Shown here: positions 46,231-56,065 of the stretch, piece after piece | Numbering within the stretch: position 1 is the stretch's first letter | Layout of the letters: each line of letters starts with the position of its first letter | DNA from: an uncultured Clostridia bacterium | GTDB lineage: Bacteria; Bacillota; Clostridia; Lachnospirales; Lachnospiraceae | Assembly (NCBI GenBank): GCA_937896665.1 | Contig: CALBNS010000087.1 | Location: 38,375-102,374 of the forward strand | Reading direction: 5' to 3' | DNA length: 64,000 nt | Translations under genes and position numbers: made by a program | Notes under the pieces: model-generated | The model's database searches: none | Told to the model about the DNA's origin: nothing | Seen by the model: the letters and a program-made list of their open reading frames with translations, nothing else

Positions 46231-46287
46231 GACGACAATATATTAAAATGTAAAGTAAAGATTATTTTATTTTGGGGGTGCACTACT

Positions 46288-46794
46288 ATTAGCGAATTAA
46301 TGATTAATGAGCAAATCAGAGACAAGGAAGTCCGTGTAATTAGCGAAGATGGAGAACAGTTAGGTGTTATGTCAGCAAAGGAAGCTTACAGATTAGCACA
46401 GGAAGCTGAACTCGACTTAGTTAAGATTGCTCCAACAGCAAAACCGCCGGTCTGTAAAATTATTGATTATGGAAAATACAGATATGAACTGGCAAGAAAA
46501 GAGAAAGAAGCGAAGAAAAAACAAAAAACTGTTGAAGTGAAGGAAGTGCGTCTTTCACCAAACATTGACACGAATGATTTAAATACGAAAGTAAACAATG
46601 CCAAAAAGTTCATTGAAAAAGGAAATAAAGTAAAAGTTACTTTACGCTTTCGAGGAAGAGAGATGGCTCACATGCAGACAAGTAAACATATCCTGGATGA
46701 TTTCGCAGATATGTTGAAAGAGGTTGCATCTGTTGAAAAGCCGGCGAAACTTGAAGGCAGAAGCATCAGCATGGTTTTAACTGAAAAACGTTAA
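46288..46794 (+). CDS. infC: Translation initiation factor IF-3, probable AUU start
   Basis: [22 protein letters not shown] and the C-terminal domain are typical of IF-3. GGGGGTG (46274-46280) lies 7 nt before ATT 46288 but 19 nt before the first ATG (46300). Confidence 0.88.
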   Translation: MSELMINEQIRDKEVRVISEDGEQLGVMSAKEAYRLAQEAELDLVKIAPTAKPPVCKIIDYGKYRYELARKEKEAKKKQKTVEVKEVRLSPNIDTNDLNTKVNNAKKFIEKGNKVKVTLRFRGREMAHMQTSKHILDDFADMLKEVASVEKPAKLEGRSISMVLTEKR

Positions 46795-46828
46795 AAATAA
46801 AATAACCAATATTAAGGAGGAACACATC

Positions 46829-47026
46829 ATGCCAAAATTGAAAACAAATAGAGCAGCTGCAAAGCGCTTCAAAAAAACAGCTACAGGTAAACTTAAAAGA
46901 AATAAAGCTTATAAGAGCCATATCTTAACTAAGAAATCAACAAAGAGAAAAAGAAATCTTAGACATGCAACTATTACAGATGCAACAAATGTTAAGAACA
47001 TGAAGAAAGTATTACCATACTTATAA
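46829..47026 (+). CDS. rpmI: 50S ribosomal protein L35
   Basis: [17 protein letters not shown] is typical of L35. AAGGAGG RBS. Confidence 0.97.
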   Translation: MPKLKTNRAAAKRFKKTATGKLKRNKAYKSHILTKKSTKRKRNLRHATITDATNVKNMKKVLPYL

Positions 47027-47060
47027 GATTTGGAAAAATTTGAAGGAGGATTAGAAGGAC

Positions 47061-47417
47061 ATGGCAAGAATTAAAGGCGGAATGAACGCTAAAAAAAGAC
47101 ATAACAGAACATTGAAACTGGCTAAAGGTTACAGAGGTGCCAGATCAAAACAGTACAGAGTTGCAAAACAATCAGTAATGAGAGCTTTGACATCTGCTTA
47201 CGCTGGTAGAAAACAACGTAAACGTCAGATGAGACAATTATGGATTGCACGTATCAACGCTGCAGCAAGAATGAATGGCTTATCATACAGCAAGATGATG
47301 CACGGCTTAAAAGTAGCTGGTGTTGAAATCAACAGAAAGATCTTAGCAGATATGGCTGTAAATGATGCACAAGGATTTGCTACATTAGCAGAATTAGCAA
47401 AAAGCAAATTAGCTTAA
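47061..47417 (+). CDS. rplT: 50S ribosomal protein L20
   Basis: [27 protein letters not shown] is typical of L20. Confidence 0.97.
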   Translation: MARIKGGMNAKKRHNRTLKLAKGYRGARSKQYRVAKQSVMRALTSAYAGRKQRKRQMRQLWIARINAAARMNGLSYSKMMHGLKVAGVEINRKILADMAVNDAQGFATLAELAKSKLA

Positions 47418-47430
47418 TATAAAAGTTGTC

Positions 47431-47458
47431 CCCCCGGAAACAATTTCCGGGGGTTTTT
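47431..47458 (+). terminator. Terminator of the infC operon
   Basis: cccccggaaa-caa-tttccggggg followed by TTTTT. Confidence 0.87.
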
Positions 47459-47506
47459 GGATTAAGAAAATCACGCGATAGTCATGAACCTAATATGTAG
47501 TGTATC

Positions 47507-48271
47507 TTACAGTGTGCCACCAAAATCTGTACAAAGAGCCTGCCCTGTAATCGCACGGGACTCATCACTTGCAAGGAACAATAAGATATTTGCGACATCA
47601 TCCGGCATACAAGGCTGTACTTTTAAATCGCTGTGTTTTGCCATCTGTCCCATCATATCAGGATCCAGCGTTGCCGGGTTGGTACCTGACACCATAGGAG
47701 TGACGATTGTACCTGGGCATACTGCGTTACAACGGATATTTGTGCCTGCAAAACGAAGTGCTGTATGGCGTGTCACTCCGATAACTGCTGCTTTCGTTGA
47801 TACATAAACGGCTCCGCCACATCCCATGACACCGGCGATAGAAGCCACGTTCACAATGGAACCATATCCGGTCTTTGACATTTCTGCAGTTGCCGCGCGC
47901 ATACAGTACATGGTTCCTTTCTGATTAATGTCAACAATTCGATCCAAATCTTCATCGGTGAAACGGTCGATTGGTTTCAGACCCGCTTCCAAAACGCCGG
48001 CATTGTTAATCAAAATATCTGCCTTTCCGTATCCTTCCACTGCTTTAGCAATTAGTTTGTCGGCATCCCCCTTCTTGGAAATATCTGTCACAACCGGCAA
48101 TACTTCTCCGCCCGCTTCGCGAATAGCAACAGCAACTTCTTCCAATTGTGCTTCACGACGAGCACTGATTACGACTTTTGCTCCCTCTTTTGCAAATAAT
48201 TTTGCTGTTGCAGCGCCTACTCCAGAATTACCACCAGTAATAACCGCAACTTTTCCTTCTAATCGACCCAT
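47507..48271 (-). CDS. SDR-family oxidoreductase
   Basis: TGGNSGVGAATA (TGxxxGxG), NNAG and YxxxK (YVSTKAAV). AAAGGAGGA RBS. Confidence 0.9.
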   Translation of the reverse strand: MGRLEGKVAVITGGNSGVGAATAKLFAKEGAKVVISARREAQLEEVAVAIREAGGEVLPVVTDISKKGDADKLIAKAVEGYGKADILINNAGVLEAGLKPIDRFTDEDLDRIVDINQKGTMYCMRAATAEMSKTGYGSIVNVASIAGVMGCGGAVYVSTKAAVIGVTRHTALRFAGTNIRCNAVCPGTIVTPMVSGTNPATLDPDMMGQMAKHSDLKVQPCMPDDVANILLFLASDESRAITGQALCTDFGGTL

Positions 48272-48399
48272 ATTGGAATCCTCCTTTGTTTTTTATTGAT
48301 TATATTATAATGTTTCCTTTTTAGCAGGTCAACTATCTTATGCCATTAGAGAATTTTTGGAGAAAAATAAAATTTAAAATAAATTTAAATAAAAAATTG

Positions 48400-48428
48400 T
48401 TGACAAAGGGGAAAGTATAAGATATACT
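48400..48428 (+). promoter_or_regulatory. sigmaA promoter of tRNA-Pro/tRNA-Leu
   Basis: TTGACA at 48400-48405, 17-nt spacer, TATACT at 48423-48428, preceded by an A/T-rich UP-like tract. Confidence 0.65.
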
Positions 48429-48458
48429 ATCAAATGTGCTTGAGAACAAAATACATGC

Positions 48459-48533
48459 CGGGGTGTGGCTCAGCTTGGCTAGAGCGCCTGGTTTGGGACC
48501 AGGAGGTCGCAGGTTCGAATCCTGTCACCCCGA
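48459..48533 (+). tRNA. tRNA-Pro (anticodon TGG)
   Basis: Acceptor CGGGGTG/CACCCCG, anticodon arm CCTGG-TTTGGGA-CCAGG, T-loop TTCGAAT. No encoded CCA. Confidence 0.93.
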
Positions 48534-48556
48534 TGGATACGTTCTTTAATCACTAT

Positions 48557-48641
48557 GCAGGAGTGTCGGAACTGGCAGACGAGCAAGACTAAGGATCTTG
48601 TAAGCAATGCGCTTGTGTGGGTTCAAGTCCCATCTCCTGCA
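48557..48641 (+). tRNA. Class II tRNA-Leu, anticodon reads AAG (A34)
   Basis: Acceptor GCAGGAG/CTCCTGC plus A73, long variable arm TAAGCAATGCGCTTGT, anticodon arm CAAGA-CTAAGGA-TCTTG, so positions 34-36 are AAG (48591-48593) with G37. Confidence 0.88.
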
Positions 48642-48653
48642 TTCAACTTAATT

Positions 48654-48692
48654 GCTAGAATCATTTGTTTGTGATGATTCTGGCATTTTTTT
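48654..48692 (+). terminator. Terminator of the tRNA-Pro/Leu unit
   Basis: gctagaatcat (48654-48664) pairs with atgattctggc (48674-48684), followed by aTTTTTTT. Confidence 0.8.
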
Positions 48693-48838
48693 GCTGTAAA
48701 AATAAAAATGAGGCAGAAATGGTGCGGGCAATATTGACAAAGCATTTCTATCAGAATTTAAAATAAGAAAGCGTTTCTTCGCCAAATATGGTATGATAGA
48801 AGTAGGTGATTTTTGGATGATGGATTGGAGGAACGGTA

Positions 48839-49846
48839 ATGACAATTCGTGAACAGTTAGAACGGAGAGAAAAAGAATATTTGAGTCCATATGCTGCTTA
48901 CAGCGCAGAAACCCTTGGAAGAAAGGTGGAAGAAGAACCATGTGACCTCAGACCGGCATTTCAGAGAGACAGGGATAGAATCTTGCATAGTAAGGCATTT
49001 CGAAGATTGAAACAGAAGACCCAGGTATTCTTATTGCCGAAAGGCGACCATTATAGAACAAGACTTACACATACACTAGAAGTGTCGCAGAACGCAAGAA
49101 CAATTGCGAAGGCACTGCGTCTGAATGAAGACTTAGTAGAAGCAATCAGCCTGGGACATGATCTGGGGCATACACCGTTCGGTCATGCGGGAGAAAGGGC
49201 TCTGAATAAGCTATGTCCATTTGGATTTGAGCATAACAGGCAGAGCGTGCGTGTTGTGGAATGTATCGAGAAAGACGGAAAAGGCCTAAATCTTACGAAA
49301 GAAGTGCTGGATGGTATTTTGAACCACCAGACAGTTGGAAAACCTCTCACCTTAGAAGGTCAAATTGTAAGACTGTCGGATAAAATTGCATATATTAATC
49401 ACGATATTGATGACGCAATCCGCGGTGGAATATTGCTGGACGGGGATTTGCCGCCAAAATTCAGAAAGATTCTTGGAAATACTACAAGGGAGAGGCTGAA
49501 TACAATGATTCATGATGTTATTATGAACAGTATGGATCGACCTGAGATTAAGATGTCAGAAGAAGTTGGTGCAGCAATGGCGGGTCTTAGAAAATTCATG
49601 TTTGAAAACGTATATAAGAATCCTGTGGCAAAGCATGAAGAAGAAAAAGCAATTCAAATGATTGGGAATCTTTATGAGTATTATATGGACCATGTGGAAT
49701 TGTTGCCAGAAGAATATCTCAATATGATGGTTCAAAAAGGCGATGCAAAAGAACAGGTTATCTGCGACTATATTGCCGGAATGACAGATAATTATGCTGT
49801 TAAAGTATTCCAAAAATATTTTATACCGGAATTTTGGAAAAATTAA
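48839..49846 (+). CDS. dGTPase-like HD-domain triphosphohydrolase
   Basis: HD motifs RTRLTHTLEVSQ, GHDLGHTPFGHAGE and INHDIDD. Sits immediately upstream of dnaG-rpoD. Confidence 0.88.
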   Translation: MTIREQLERREKEYLSPYAAYSAETLGRKVEEEPCDLRPAFQRDRDRILHSKAFRRLKQKTQVFLLPKGDHYRTRLTHTLEVSQNARTIAKALRLNEDLVEAISLGHDLGHTPFGHAGERALNKLCPFGFEHNRQSVRVVECIEKDGKGLNLTKEVLDGILNHQTVGKPLTLEGQIVRLSDKIAYINHDIDDAIRGGILLDGDLPPKFRKILGNTTRERLNTMIHDVIMNSMDRPEIKMSEEVGAAMAGLRKFMFENVYKNPVAKHEEEKAIQMIGNLYEYYMDHVELLPEEYLNMMVQKGDAKEQVICDYIAGMTDNYAVKVFQKYFIPEFWKN

Positions 49847-49910
49847 AGGAAATCAAGAACATTTGTCGAATATATGCTAGTAGGGAATAGAATTTGAAAG
49901 GAAGAAAAAT

Positions 49911-51686
49911 ATGTACTTTTCAGAGGACCTGATTGAAGAAATAAGACAAAGTAATGATATTGTTGATGTAATTTCCGGATATGTCAAACTGCAAAAGAAG
50001 GGTAGTTCCTATTTTGGCTTGTGCCCGTTTCACAATGAGAAGTCACCGTCCTTTTCTGTGAGCAGAAGTAAACAGATGTATTATTGCTTCGGCTGTGGAG
50101 CGGGAGGAAATGTCATCACGTTTATTATGGAATATGAGAATTACTCCTTTGTAGAGGCGGTAAAAATGCTTGCAGAGCGTGCAGGTATAGATATACCGGA
50201 AGTGGAGTATTCAAAAGAAGCTAAAGCGAAGGCAGATTTAAAGGCAACGCTTCTGGAGATTAACAAACTAGCTGCAAAGTATTATTATGTACAGTTAAAA
50301 TCTATGCAGGGAAAAAACGCATATACATATCTGGCGAAGCGTGGACTGAGTGATGAGACAATTACTGCTTTTGGTCTTGGATATTCCAACAAATACAGTG
50401 ATGATTTGTACAAGTATCTTAAAGCAAAAGGCTACAAAGACGAGTTTATTGCGAAAGCGGGGTTAATCAGTATTGATGAGAAAAACGGGGTCTATGACAA
50501 ATTTTGGAACCGTGTAATGTTTCCGATTATGGATGTCAATAACCGTGTCATTGCATTCGGTGGAAGAGTTATGGGAGATGCTAAGCCAAAGTATTTGAAT
50601 TCGCCCGAAACGGAAGTGTTTGATAAGAGCCGTAACTTGTATGGGCTGAATCGGGCAAGAACGTCACGTAAACACTATTTTTTAATCTGTGAAGGGTATA
50701 TGGATGTCATTGCGCTGCATCAGGCCGGATTTACGAATGCAGTTGCTTCTCTTGGAACAGCACTGACTCCGGGACATGCTTCATTGATTAAGCGGTATGT
50801 AAGTGAAGTGTATCTGACATATGACAGCGATGAAGCGGGAACAAAGGCTGCACTGCGAGCACTCCCTATTCTAAAAGAAGCCGGTATTACGGCAAAAATA
50901 ATACGAATGGACCCTTATAAAGACCCGGATGAGTTTATTAAGAATCTTGGGGCTGAAAGTTTTGAAGAACGTATTAATAACGCAAGAAATGGTTTTATGT
51001 TTTCATTGGAAGTTCTGGAGCGTGATTTTGACTTGAACTCACCGGAGGGAAAGACGGCGTTTTACCATGAGGTTGCGAAGCGGCTGACTGGCTTTGAGGA
51101 AGAAATCGAGCGCAATAATTATATTGAAGCAGTTGCGGAGAAATATAGGATTGGATATGACAATCTCCGGAAACTGGTTGCAAAGACAGCGATTCGTGAG
51201 GGACATGCAAAGCCGGCAGATAGACCAAAACAGGCAGTGGGCAGAGAGAAGAATAAAGAAGATGGCAACCTGCAGTCCCAAAAGATTTTGCTGACATGGC
51301 TGATTGAAAATGAAAAATTATTTGGACAAATTAGAAAGTATATTACAGTAGAAGACTTTACGAAAGAACTATATCGTTCGGTAGCACAGTTACTGTTTGA
51401 ACAGTATGAGTCGGGTGAACTTAATCCTGCAAAGGTGATGAATCATTTTACGGATGAGGAAGAACATCGGGAAGTTGCTTCGTTGTTTCACACAAGAATT
51501 CAGAAGTTGACAACAAAAGAAGAACAGGAAAAGGCATTGCAAGAGACAATTATGCGTGTGAAGAATAATAGTATAGAAACAGCTACGAAGATGCTGGCAC
51601 CGACAGATATTATAGGGCTGCAAAAATTGATGGAAGCGAAAAGGTCCCTGCAGGACTTGCAGAAACTGCATATTTCTATTGATTAA
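49911..51686 (+). CDS. dnaG: DNA primase
   Basis: Zinc-ribbon CPFHNEKSPSFSV...CFGCGAGGN and TOPRIM (EGYMDVIA, DSDEAG). Confidence 0.96.
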   Translation: MYFSEDLIEEIRQSNDIVDVISGYVKLQKKGSSYFGLCPFHNEKSPSFSVSRSKQMYYCFGCGAGGNVITFIMEYENYSFVEAVKMLAERAGIDIPEVEYSKEAKAKADLKATLLEINKLAAKYYYVQLKSMQGKNAYTYLAKRGLSDETITAFGLGYSNKYSDDLYKYLKAKGYKDEFIAKAGLISIDEKNGVYDKFWNRVMFPIMDVNNRVIAFGGRVMGDAKPKYLNSPETEVFDKSRNLYGLNRARTSRKHYFLICEGYMDVIALHQAGFTNAVASLGTALTPGHASLIKRYVSEVYLTYDSDEAGTKAALRALPILKEAGITAKIIRMDPYKDPDEFIKNLGAESFEERINNARNGFMFSLEVLERDFDLNSPEGKTAFYHEVAKRLTGFEEEIERNNYIEAVAEKYRIGYDNLRKLVAKTAIREGHAKPADRPKQAVGREKNKEDGNLQSQKILLTWLIENEKLFGQIRKYITVEDFTKELYRSVAQLLFEQYESGELNPAKVMNHFTDEEEHREVASLFHTRIQKLTTKEEQEKALQETIMRVKNNSIETATKMLAPTDIIGLQKLMEAKRSLQDLQKLHISID

Positions 51687-51725
51687 GGATAAAATATAAA
51701 CAAGTTATGAGAGGATGGACACTAA

Positions 51726-52844
51726 ATGGAAGAACAGGCTATTAAATTTGAGGAAAAATTGAAAAATCTGGTTGCTTTAGGGAAAAAGAAAAAGAGTATC
51801 CTGGAGATTCAGGAAATCAATGAAGTTTTCTCAGATATGGAGCTGGAAGCAGAACAAATGGAGAAAATTTTTGAGTATCTGGAGGCTCAAAATATTGATG
51901 TTTTACGTATTACAGCTGAGACAGAAGATGATAACGACGATATGACATTGCTTTTGGCTGATGAAGAGGAAGAAGTCGATGTTGAAAAAATCGATTTGTC
52001 CGTACCGGATGGTATCAGCATTGAAGACCCGGTCCGTATGTATTTGAAAGAGATAGGGAAAGTTCCTCTTTTAAGTGCGGAGGAGGAAGTGGAATTAGCA
52101 AAACGCATGGCAGACGGAGATGAAGAGGCAAAGAAAAGACTTGCTGAGGCGAACCTGCGTCTTGTAGTAAGTATTGCAAAGCGTTATGTAGGTCGTGGTA
52201 TGTTATTCCTGGATTTAATTCAGGAAGGAAATTTAGGACTTATTAAAGCAGTAGAAAAATTCGATTATCAGAAAGGTTTCAAATTCAGTACTTATGCCAC
52301 ATGGTGGATTCGCCAGGCAATTACGAGGGCCATTGCTGATCAGGCAAGAACAATACGTATTCCTGTGCATATGGTAGAAACAATCAATAAACTGATCCGT
52401 GTTTCACGTCAGTTGTTGCAGGAGTTGGGACGCGAGCCAATGCCAGAGGAGATTGCAGAGGAATTGGACATGCCGGTAGAGCGTGTGCGTGAGATCCTGA
52501 AGATTTCACAGGAGCCTGTTTCTTTGGAAACACCGATTGGTGAAGAAGAAGACAGCCATTTGGGTGACTTTATTCAGGACGATAATGTTCCGGTACCGGC
52601 TGAAGCAGCAGCGGCAACTTTGTTAAAAGAACAGTTGGGAGAGGTATTGGATACACTGACAGAGAGAGAACAGAAAGTGCTTCGTCTGCGTTTCGGTATG
52701 AATGATGGACGTGCCAGAACTTTGGAAGAAGTTGGAAAAGAATTTGATGTTACTCGTGAGAGAATTCGTCAGATTGAAGCCAAGGCACTTAGAAAACTGC
52801 GTCATCCAAGCCGCAGCCGTAAATTAAGAGATTATTTAGATTAG
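51726..52844 (+). CDS. rpoD: Primary RNA polymerase sigma factor (SigA/RpoD)
   Basis: Regions 1.2-4.2, including [35 protein letters not shown] and [20 protein letters not shown]. Confidence 0.98.
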   Translation: MEEQAIKFEEKLKNLVALGKKKKSILEIQEINEVFSDMELEAEQMEKIFEYLEAQNIDVLRITAETEDDNDDMTLLLADEEEEVDVEKIDLSVPDGISIEDPVRMYLKEIGKVPLLSAEEEVELAKRMADGDEEAKKRLAEANLRLVVSIAKRYVGRGMLFLDLIQEGNLGLIKAVEKFDYQKGFKFSTYATWWIRQAITRAIADQARTIRIPVHMVETINKLIRVSRQLLQELGREPMPEEIAEELDMPVERVREILKISQEPVSLETPIGEEEDSHLGDFIQDDNVPVPAEAAAATLLKEQLGEVLDTLTEREQKVLRLRFGMNDGRARTLEEVGKEFDVTRERIRQIEAKALRKLRHPSRSRKLRDYLD

Positions 52845-52852
52845 GTGATGAT

Positions 52853-53545
52853 ATGGAGTTATCAAAGAGACTTCAGGCTGTTTCTAACCTTATAAGTAAA
52901 GGAATGCGTGTTGCAGACGTTGGCACTGACCACGGATATGTTCCGATTTATCTGATAGAGAGTGGGAAATGTCCCAGCGTGATTGCGATGGATATCAATG
53001 AAGGACCACTTGCACGGGCGAAGGAACATATTCTGCTTCATGGTCTTTCCGAGCAGATTGCAACCAGACAGTCTGATGGTGTAAAGGCATTGGCTGTTTG
53101 TGAATGTGACTGTGTGATTGTGGCTGGCATGGGCGGCGCACTCGCAGTAAGGATTATGGAAGAAGGAAGGGAAATCTTTGAAAATCTCAAGGAATTTGTA
53201 CTTCAGCCTCAGTCGGAATTGGAAAAAGTGCGGCAGTATTTGTGCGAACATGAGTATGATATCATTCAGGAAGATATGGTACTTGAGGATGGGAAATTTT
53301 ATCCAATGATGAAGGCAGTAAAAGCTGCTACCGATCATTATGATTTGAAGGAATTACGTTACGGAAAAAGATTATTGGCACAGAAGCACCCGGTATTAAA
53401 AGTGTTTTTAGAAAAAGAAATAAAGACAAAAGAACAAATTTTGAAAAATTTGAAAGAAGAGACAGGGGCTCATATAGAAGCAAGAAAATCAGAACTTCAA
53501 TCTGACCTGTCTGTAGCAAAGGAAGCACTCGGTGTATATTTGTAG
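52853..53545 (+). CDS. trmK: tRNA (adenine22-N1)-methyltransferase TrmK
   Basis: VADVGTDHGYVPIYL and IVAGMGG motifs. Conserved position after rpoD (Bacillus yqfN). Confidence 0.87.
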   Translation: MELSKRLQAVSNLISKGMRVADVGTDHGYVPIYLIESGKCPSVIAMDINEGPLARAKEHILLHGLSEQIATRQSDGVKALAVCECDCVIVAGMGGALAVRIMEEGREIFENLKEFVLQPQSELEKVRQYLCEHEYDIIQEDMVLEDGKFYPMMKAVKAATDHYDLKELRYGKRLLAQKHPVLKVFLEKEIKTKEQILKNLKEETGAHIEARKSELQSDLSVAKEALGVYL

Positions 53546-53557
53546 AGAGGATAACAT

Positions 53558-54334
53558 ATGCTTTGTAAGGAGATTATAGAAATCATAGAAAGTACATATC
53601 CAAAGCATGCGGCATGTGAGTGGGACAATGTCGGGCTGCTTGTGGGGCGCATGGAAAAGGAAGTGCAAAAAATTTACGTGGCACTGGATGCGACAGATGA
53701 GGTTGTTGCTGAGGCAGCTGCTATACATGCAGATATGTTAATTACGCATCATCCGCTTATTTTCTCGCCAATGAAAAAAATTACAGATGACCATTTTATG
53801 GGAAAACGTGTGGTAACACTTTTACAGCATGACATTTCTTATTATGCAATGCACACGAACTATGATGTGCTTGGAATGGCAGAATTAGCGGGAAAGCTGA
53901 TGAGCCTTCAGAATGCAGATGTGTTAGAGATTACGGATGTGGAGAGACATGAGGGAATCGGACGGGTTGGTGAATTAGAAAGAGAGATGACGCTGGAGGA
54001 ATGCTGCAATTTAGTAAAGAGACGTTTCCATCTGCCGGCTGTCAGGTTGTTTGGCGAGAAAAACAGTATGGTGAATCGTGCAGCAATTTCTCCGGGCTCG
54101 GGGAAAAGTATGATTGGCGCTGCACTTGAAAAGAAAGCAGAGGTATTGATTACCGGAGATATTGATCATCACGAAGGGATTGATGCTGTTGCCAGAAATC
54201 TAGCGATTATTGATGCAGGCCATTATGGACTTGAGCATATTTTTATTGAAGATATGGTACGTTTTTTACAGACACATATTCATAACGTACAGATTGAAAA
54301 GACTGGAATCGTACATCCATTTCAAATACTATAA
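53558..54334 (+). CDS. Nif3-like dinuclear metal centre protein
   Basis: NIF3 motifs (DNVGLLVG, ITHHPLIF, TGDIDHH). Conserved position after trmK (Bacillus yqfO). Confidence 0.87.
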   Translation: MLCKEIIEIIESTYPKHAACEWDNVGLLVGRMEKEVQKIYVALDATDEVVAEAAAIHADMLITHHPLIFSPMKKITDDHFMGKRVVTLLQHDISYYAMHTNYDVLGMAELAGKLMSLQNADVLEITDVERHEGIGRVGELEREMTLEECCNLVKRRFHLPAVRLFGEKNSMVNRAAISPGSGKSMIGAALEKKAEVLITGDIDHHEGIDAVARNLAIIDAGHYGLEHIFIEDMVRFLQTHIHNVQIEKTGIVHPFQIL

Positions 54335-54352
54335 TTGGAAAGAGGGAGTATT

Positions 54353-56020
54353 ATGGAGCAAAAAATGTATCGCATACAGATAAACGGTGTGACAAAAGAA
54401 TACCCGGAAGGAACATGTTTTGAGGTGATTGCAAAGGAATGGCAAAGCCAGTATCTGCATCCTGTGGTTCTTGTGTTTGAAAATAAGAAGCTTCGGGAAT
54501 TAAAGGAAAGAGTGACGAAAGACTGTACACTTACGTTTGTCACGACTGCAGAACCTGTGGGACATAAAGCATATACAAGAAGTATTTGTCTGATGATGGT
54601 AAAGGCGATTTATGATGTATGTGAACATCAGAATATAGAAAAAGTACGCATTGACTTTTCAATCGGAGAGGGATATTTTTGCACTGTGCACGGGGACGTT
54701 GAATTAAATCAGGCGTTTTTAGAGCGTGTAAAGATGAGAATGCTTGAAATGGTAGCAGAAAAAATGCCAATTAACAAGCGGACTGTCCATACAGAGGATG
54801 CGATTGCAATTTTTCATAAGCACGGTATGCACGATAAAGAAAGGCTGTTTGAATACCGCAGAGTATCTAAAGCCAATATTTACAGCATGAATGAGTTTGA
54901 AGATTACTATTATGGCTATATGGTTCCAGATGCTTCTTATCTGGCATATTTTGATTTGTTCCTGTATGATGAAGGTTTTGTGGTGCAGATGCCGGAGAGA
55001 GAGAATCCGACAGTTGTACCTCCGTTTCGGCCATACCATAAGCTATTTCAGGTATTGAAAGAGTCGACTGTGTGGGGGAATATGCAGAGAATAGAGTCTG
55101 TTGCCGATTTGAATGACGAGATTACCAAAAGAAATATTCAGGAGACAATCCTGGTACAGGAGGCATTACAGGAGAAGAAAATTGCGGAAATCGCTGAGAT
55201 GATAGTAGAAAGACCGGATGTGAAGTTTATACTGATTGCAGGACCGTCTTCATCAGGAAAGACAACATTTTCACACCGATTGTCAATTCAGCTTCGTGCA
55301 CATGGCATGATTCCACATCCGATTGCCGTTGATAACTATTTTGTGAATCGTGACGATACACCAAGAGATGAAGATGGAAATTATAATTTTGAATGTCTGG
55401 AAGCCATTGATATAGAGCTTTTGAATCAGCAGATGGCAGATCTTCTGGAAGGAAAAGAAGTGGAACTGCCAGTTTATAACTTTAAGACGGGTAAGCGAGA
55501 AGATAGTGGGCAGATGAAGCAGTTGGGAAAGAATGATGTCCTTGTTATTGAAGGAATTCATTGTCTGAATGATGCATTGACGTATAAACTATCAAAAGAA
55601 AATAAGTTTAAGATTTATATTAGTGCGTTGACCCAGTTAAATATTGATGAACATAACCGTATTCCAACAACAGACGGAAGATTGATTCGCCGTATGGTCA
55701 GAGATGCAAGAACCAGAGGAACCTCAGCAAGGCAGACGATTGCTATGTGGCCGTCTGTGAGAAGAGGGGAGGAGGAGAATATTTTTCCTTATCAGGAAGA
55801 GGCAGATGTGATGTTTAACTCAGCATTGATTTATGAACTGGCTGTTTTAAAATTATATGCAGAGCCAATTTTATTTGGAATTGAGAAAGACTGTCAGGAA
55901 TATCAGGAGGCAAAAAGGCTTTTGAAATTCTTTGATTATTTTGTAGGAATTGGAAGTGAGAATATTCCGATGAATTCGCTGCTTCGGGAATTTGTCGGAG
56001 GAGGCTGCTTTAATGTATAG
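54353..56020 (+). CDS. Uridine-kinase-family nucleoside kinase with a long N-terminal (TGS/ThrRS-like) extension
   Basis: P-loop GPSSSGKTTF about 290 aa into the protein and a PRK/uridine kinase-like C-terminal half. ATG 54353 follows GAGGGAG. Confidence 0.78.
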   Translation: MEQKMYRIQINGVTKEYPEGTCFEVIAKEWQSQYLHPVVLVFENKKLRELKERVTKDCTLTFVTTAEPVGHKAYTRSICLMMVKAIYDVCEHQNIEKVRIDFSIGEGYFCTVHGDVELNQAFLERVKMRMLEMVAEKMPINKRTVHTEDAIAIFHKHGMHDKERLFEYRRVSKANIYSMNEFEDYYYGYMVPDASYLAYFDLFLYDEGFVVQMPERENPTVVPPFRPYHKLFQVLKESTVWGNMQRIESVADLNDEITKRNIQETILVQEALQEKKIAEIAEMIVERPDVKFILIAGPSSSGKTTFSHRLSIQLRAHGMIPHPIAVDNYFVNRDDTPRDEDGNYNFECLEAIDIELLNQQMADLLEGKEVELPVYNFKTGKREDSGQMKQLGKNDVLVIEGIHCLNDALTYKLSKENKFKIYISALTQLNIDEHNRIPTTDGRLIRRMVRDARTRGTSARQTIAMWPSVRRGEEENIFPYQEEADVMFNSALIYELAVLKLYAEPILFGIEKDCQEYQEAKRLLKFFDYFVGIGSENIPMNSLLREFVGGGCFNV

Positions 56021-56033
56021 TTTAAAAGCATAG

Positions 56034-56065
56034 AAATGTGTGAACTCGGGGGTTCACACATTTTT
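56034..56065. terminator. Bidirectional terminator (kinase / pseudouridine synthase)
   Basis: aaatgtgtgaac-tcgggg-gttcacacattt (perfect 12-bp stem) followed by a T-run. Confidence 0.8.

Noticed and set aside
46186-46287. N-terminal 34-codon extension of infC in the ORF track.
   Set aside because: It overlaps the leader hairpin/T-run (46202-46226) and has no RBS. The IF-3 homology begins near 46288.
48839-49846. The dGTPase-like HD protein as a possible anti-phage dNTP-depletion defence gene.
   Set aside because: It sits in the conserved housekeeping context directly upstream of dnaG-rpoD-trmK-nif3, with no mobile or defence neighbours. The housekeeping Dgt-like paralogue is the simpler reading.
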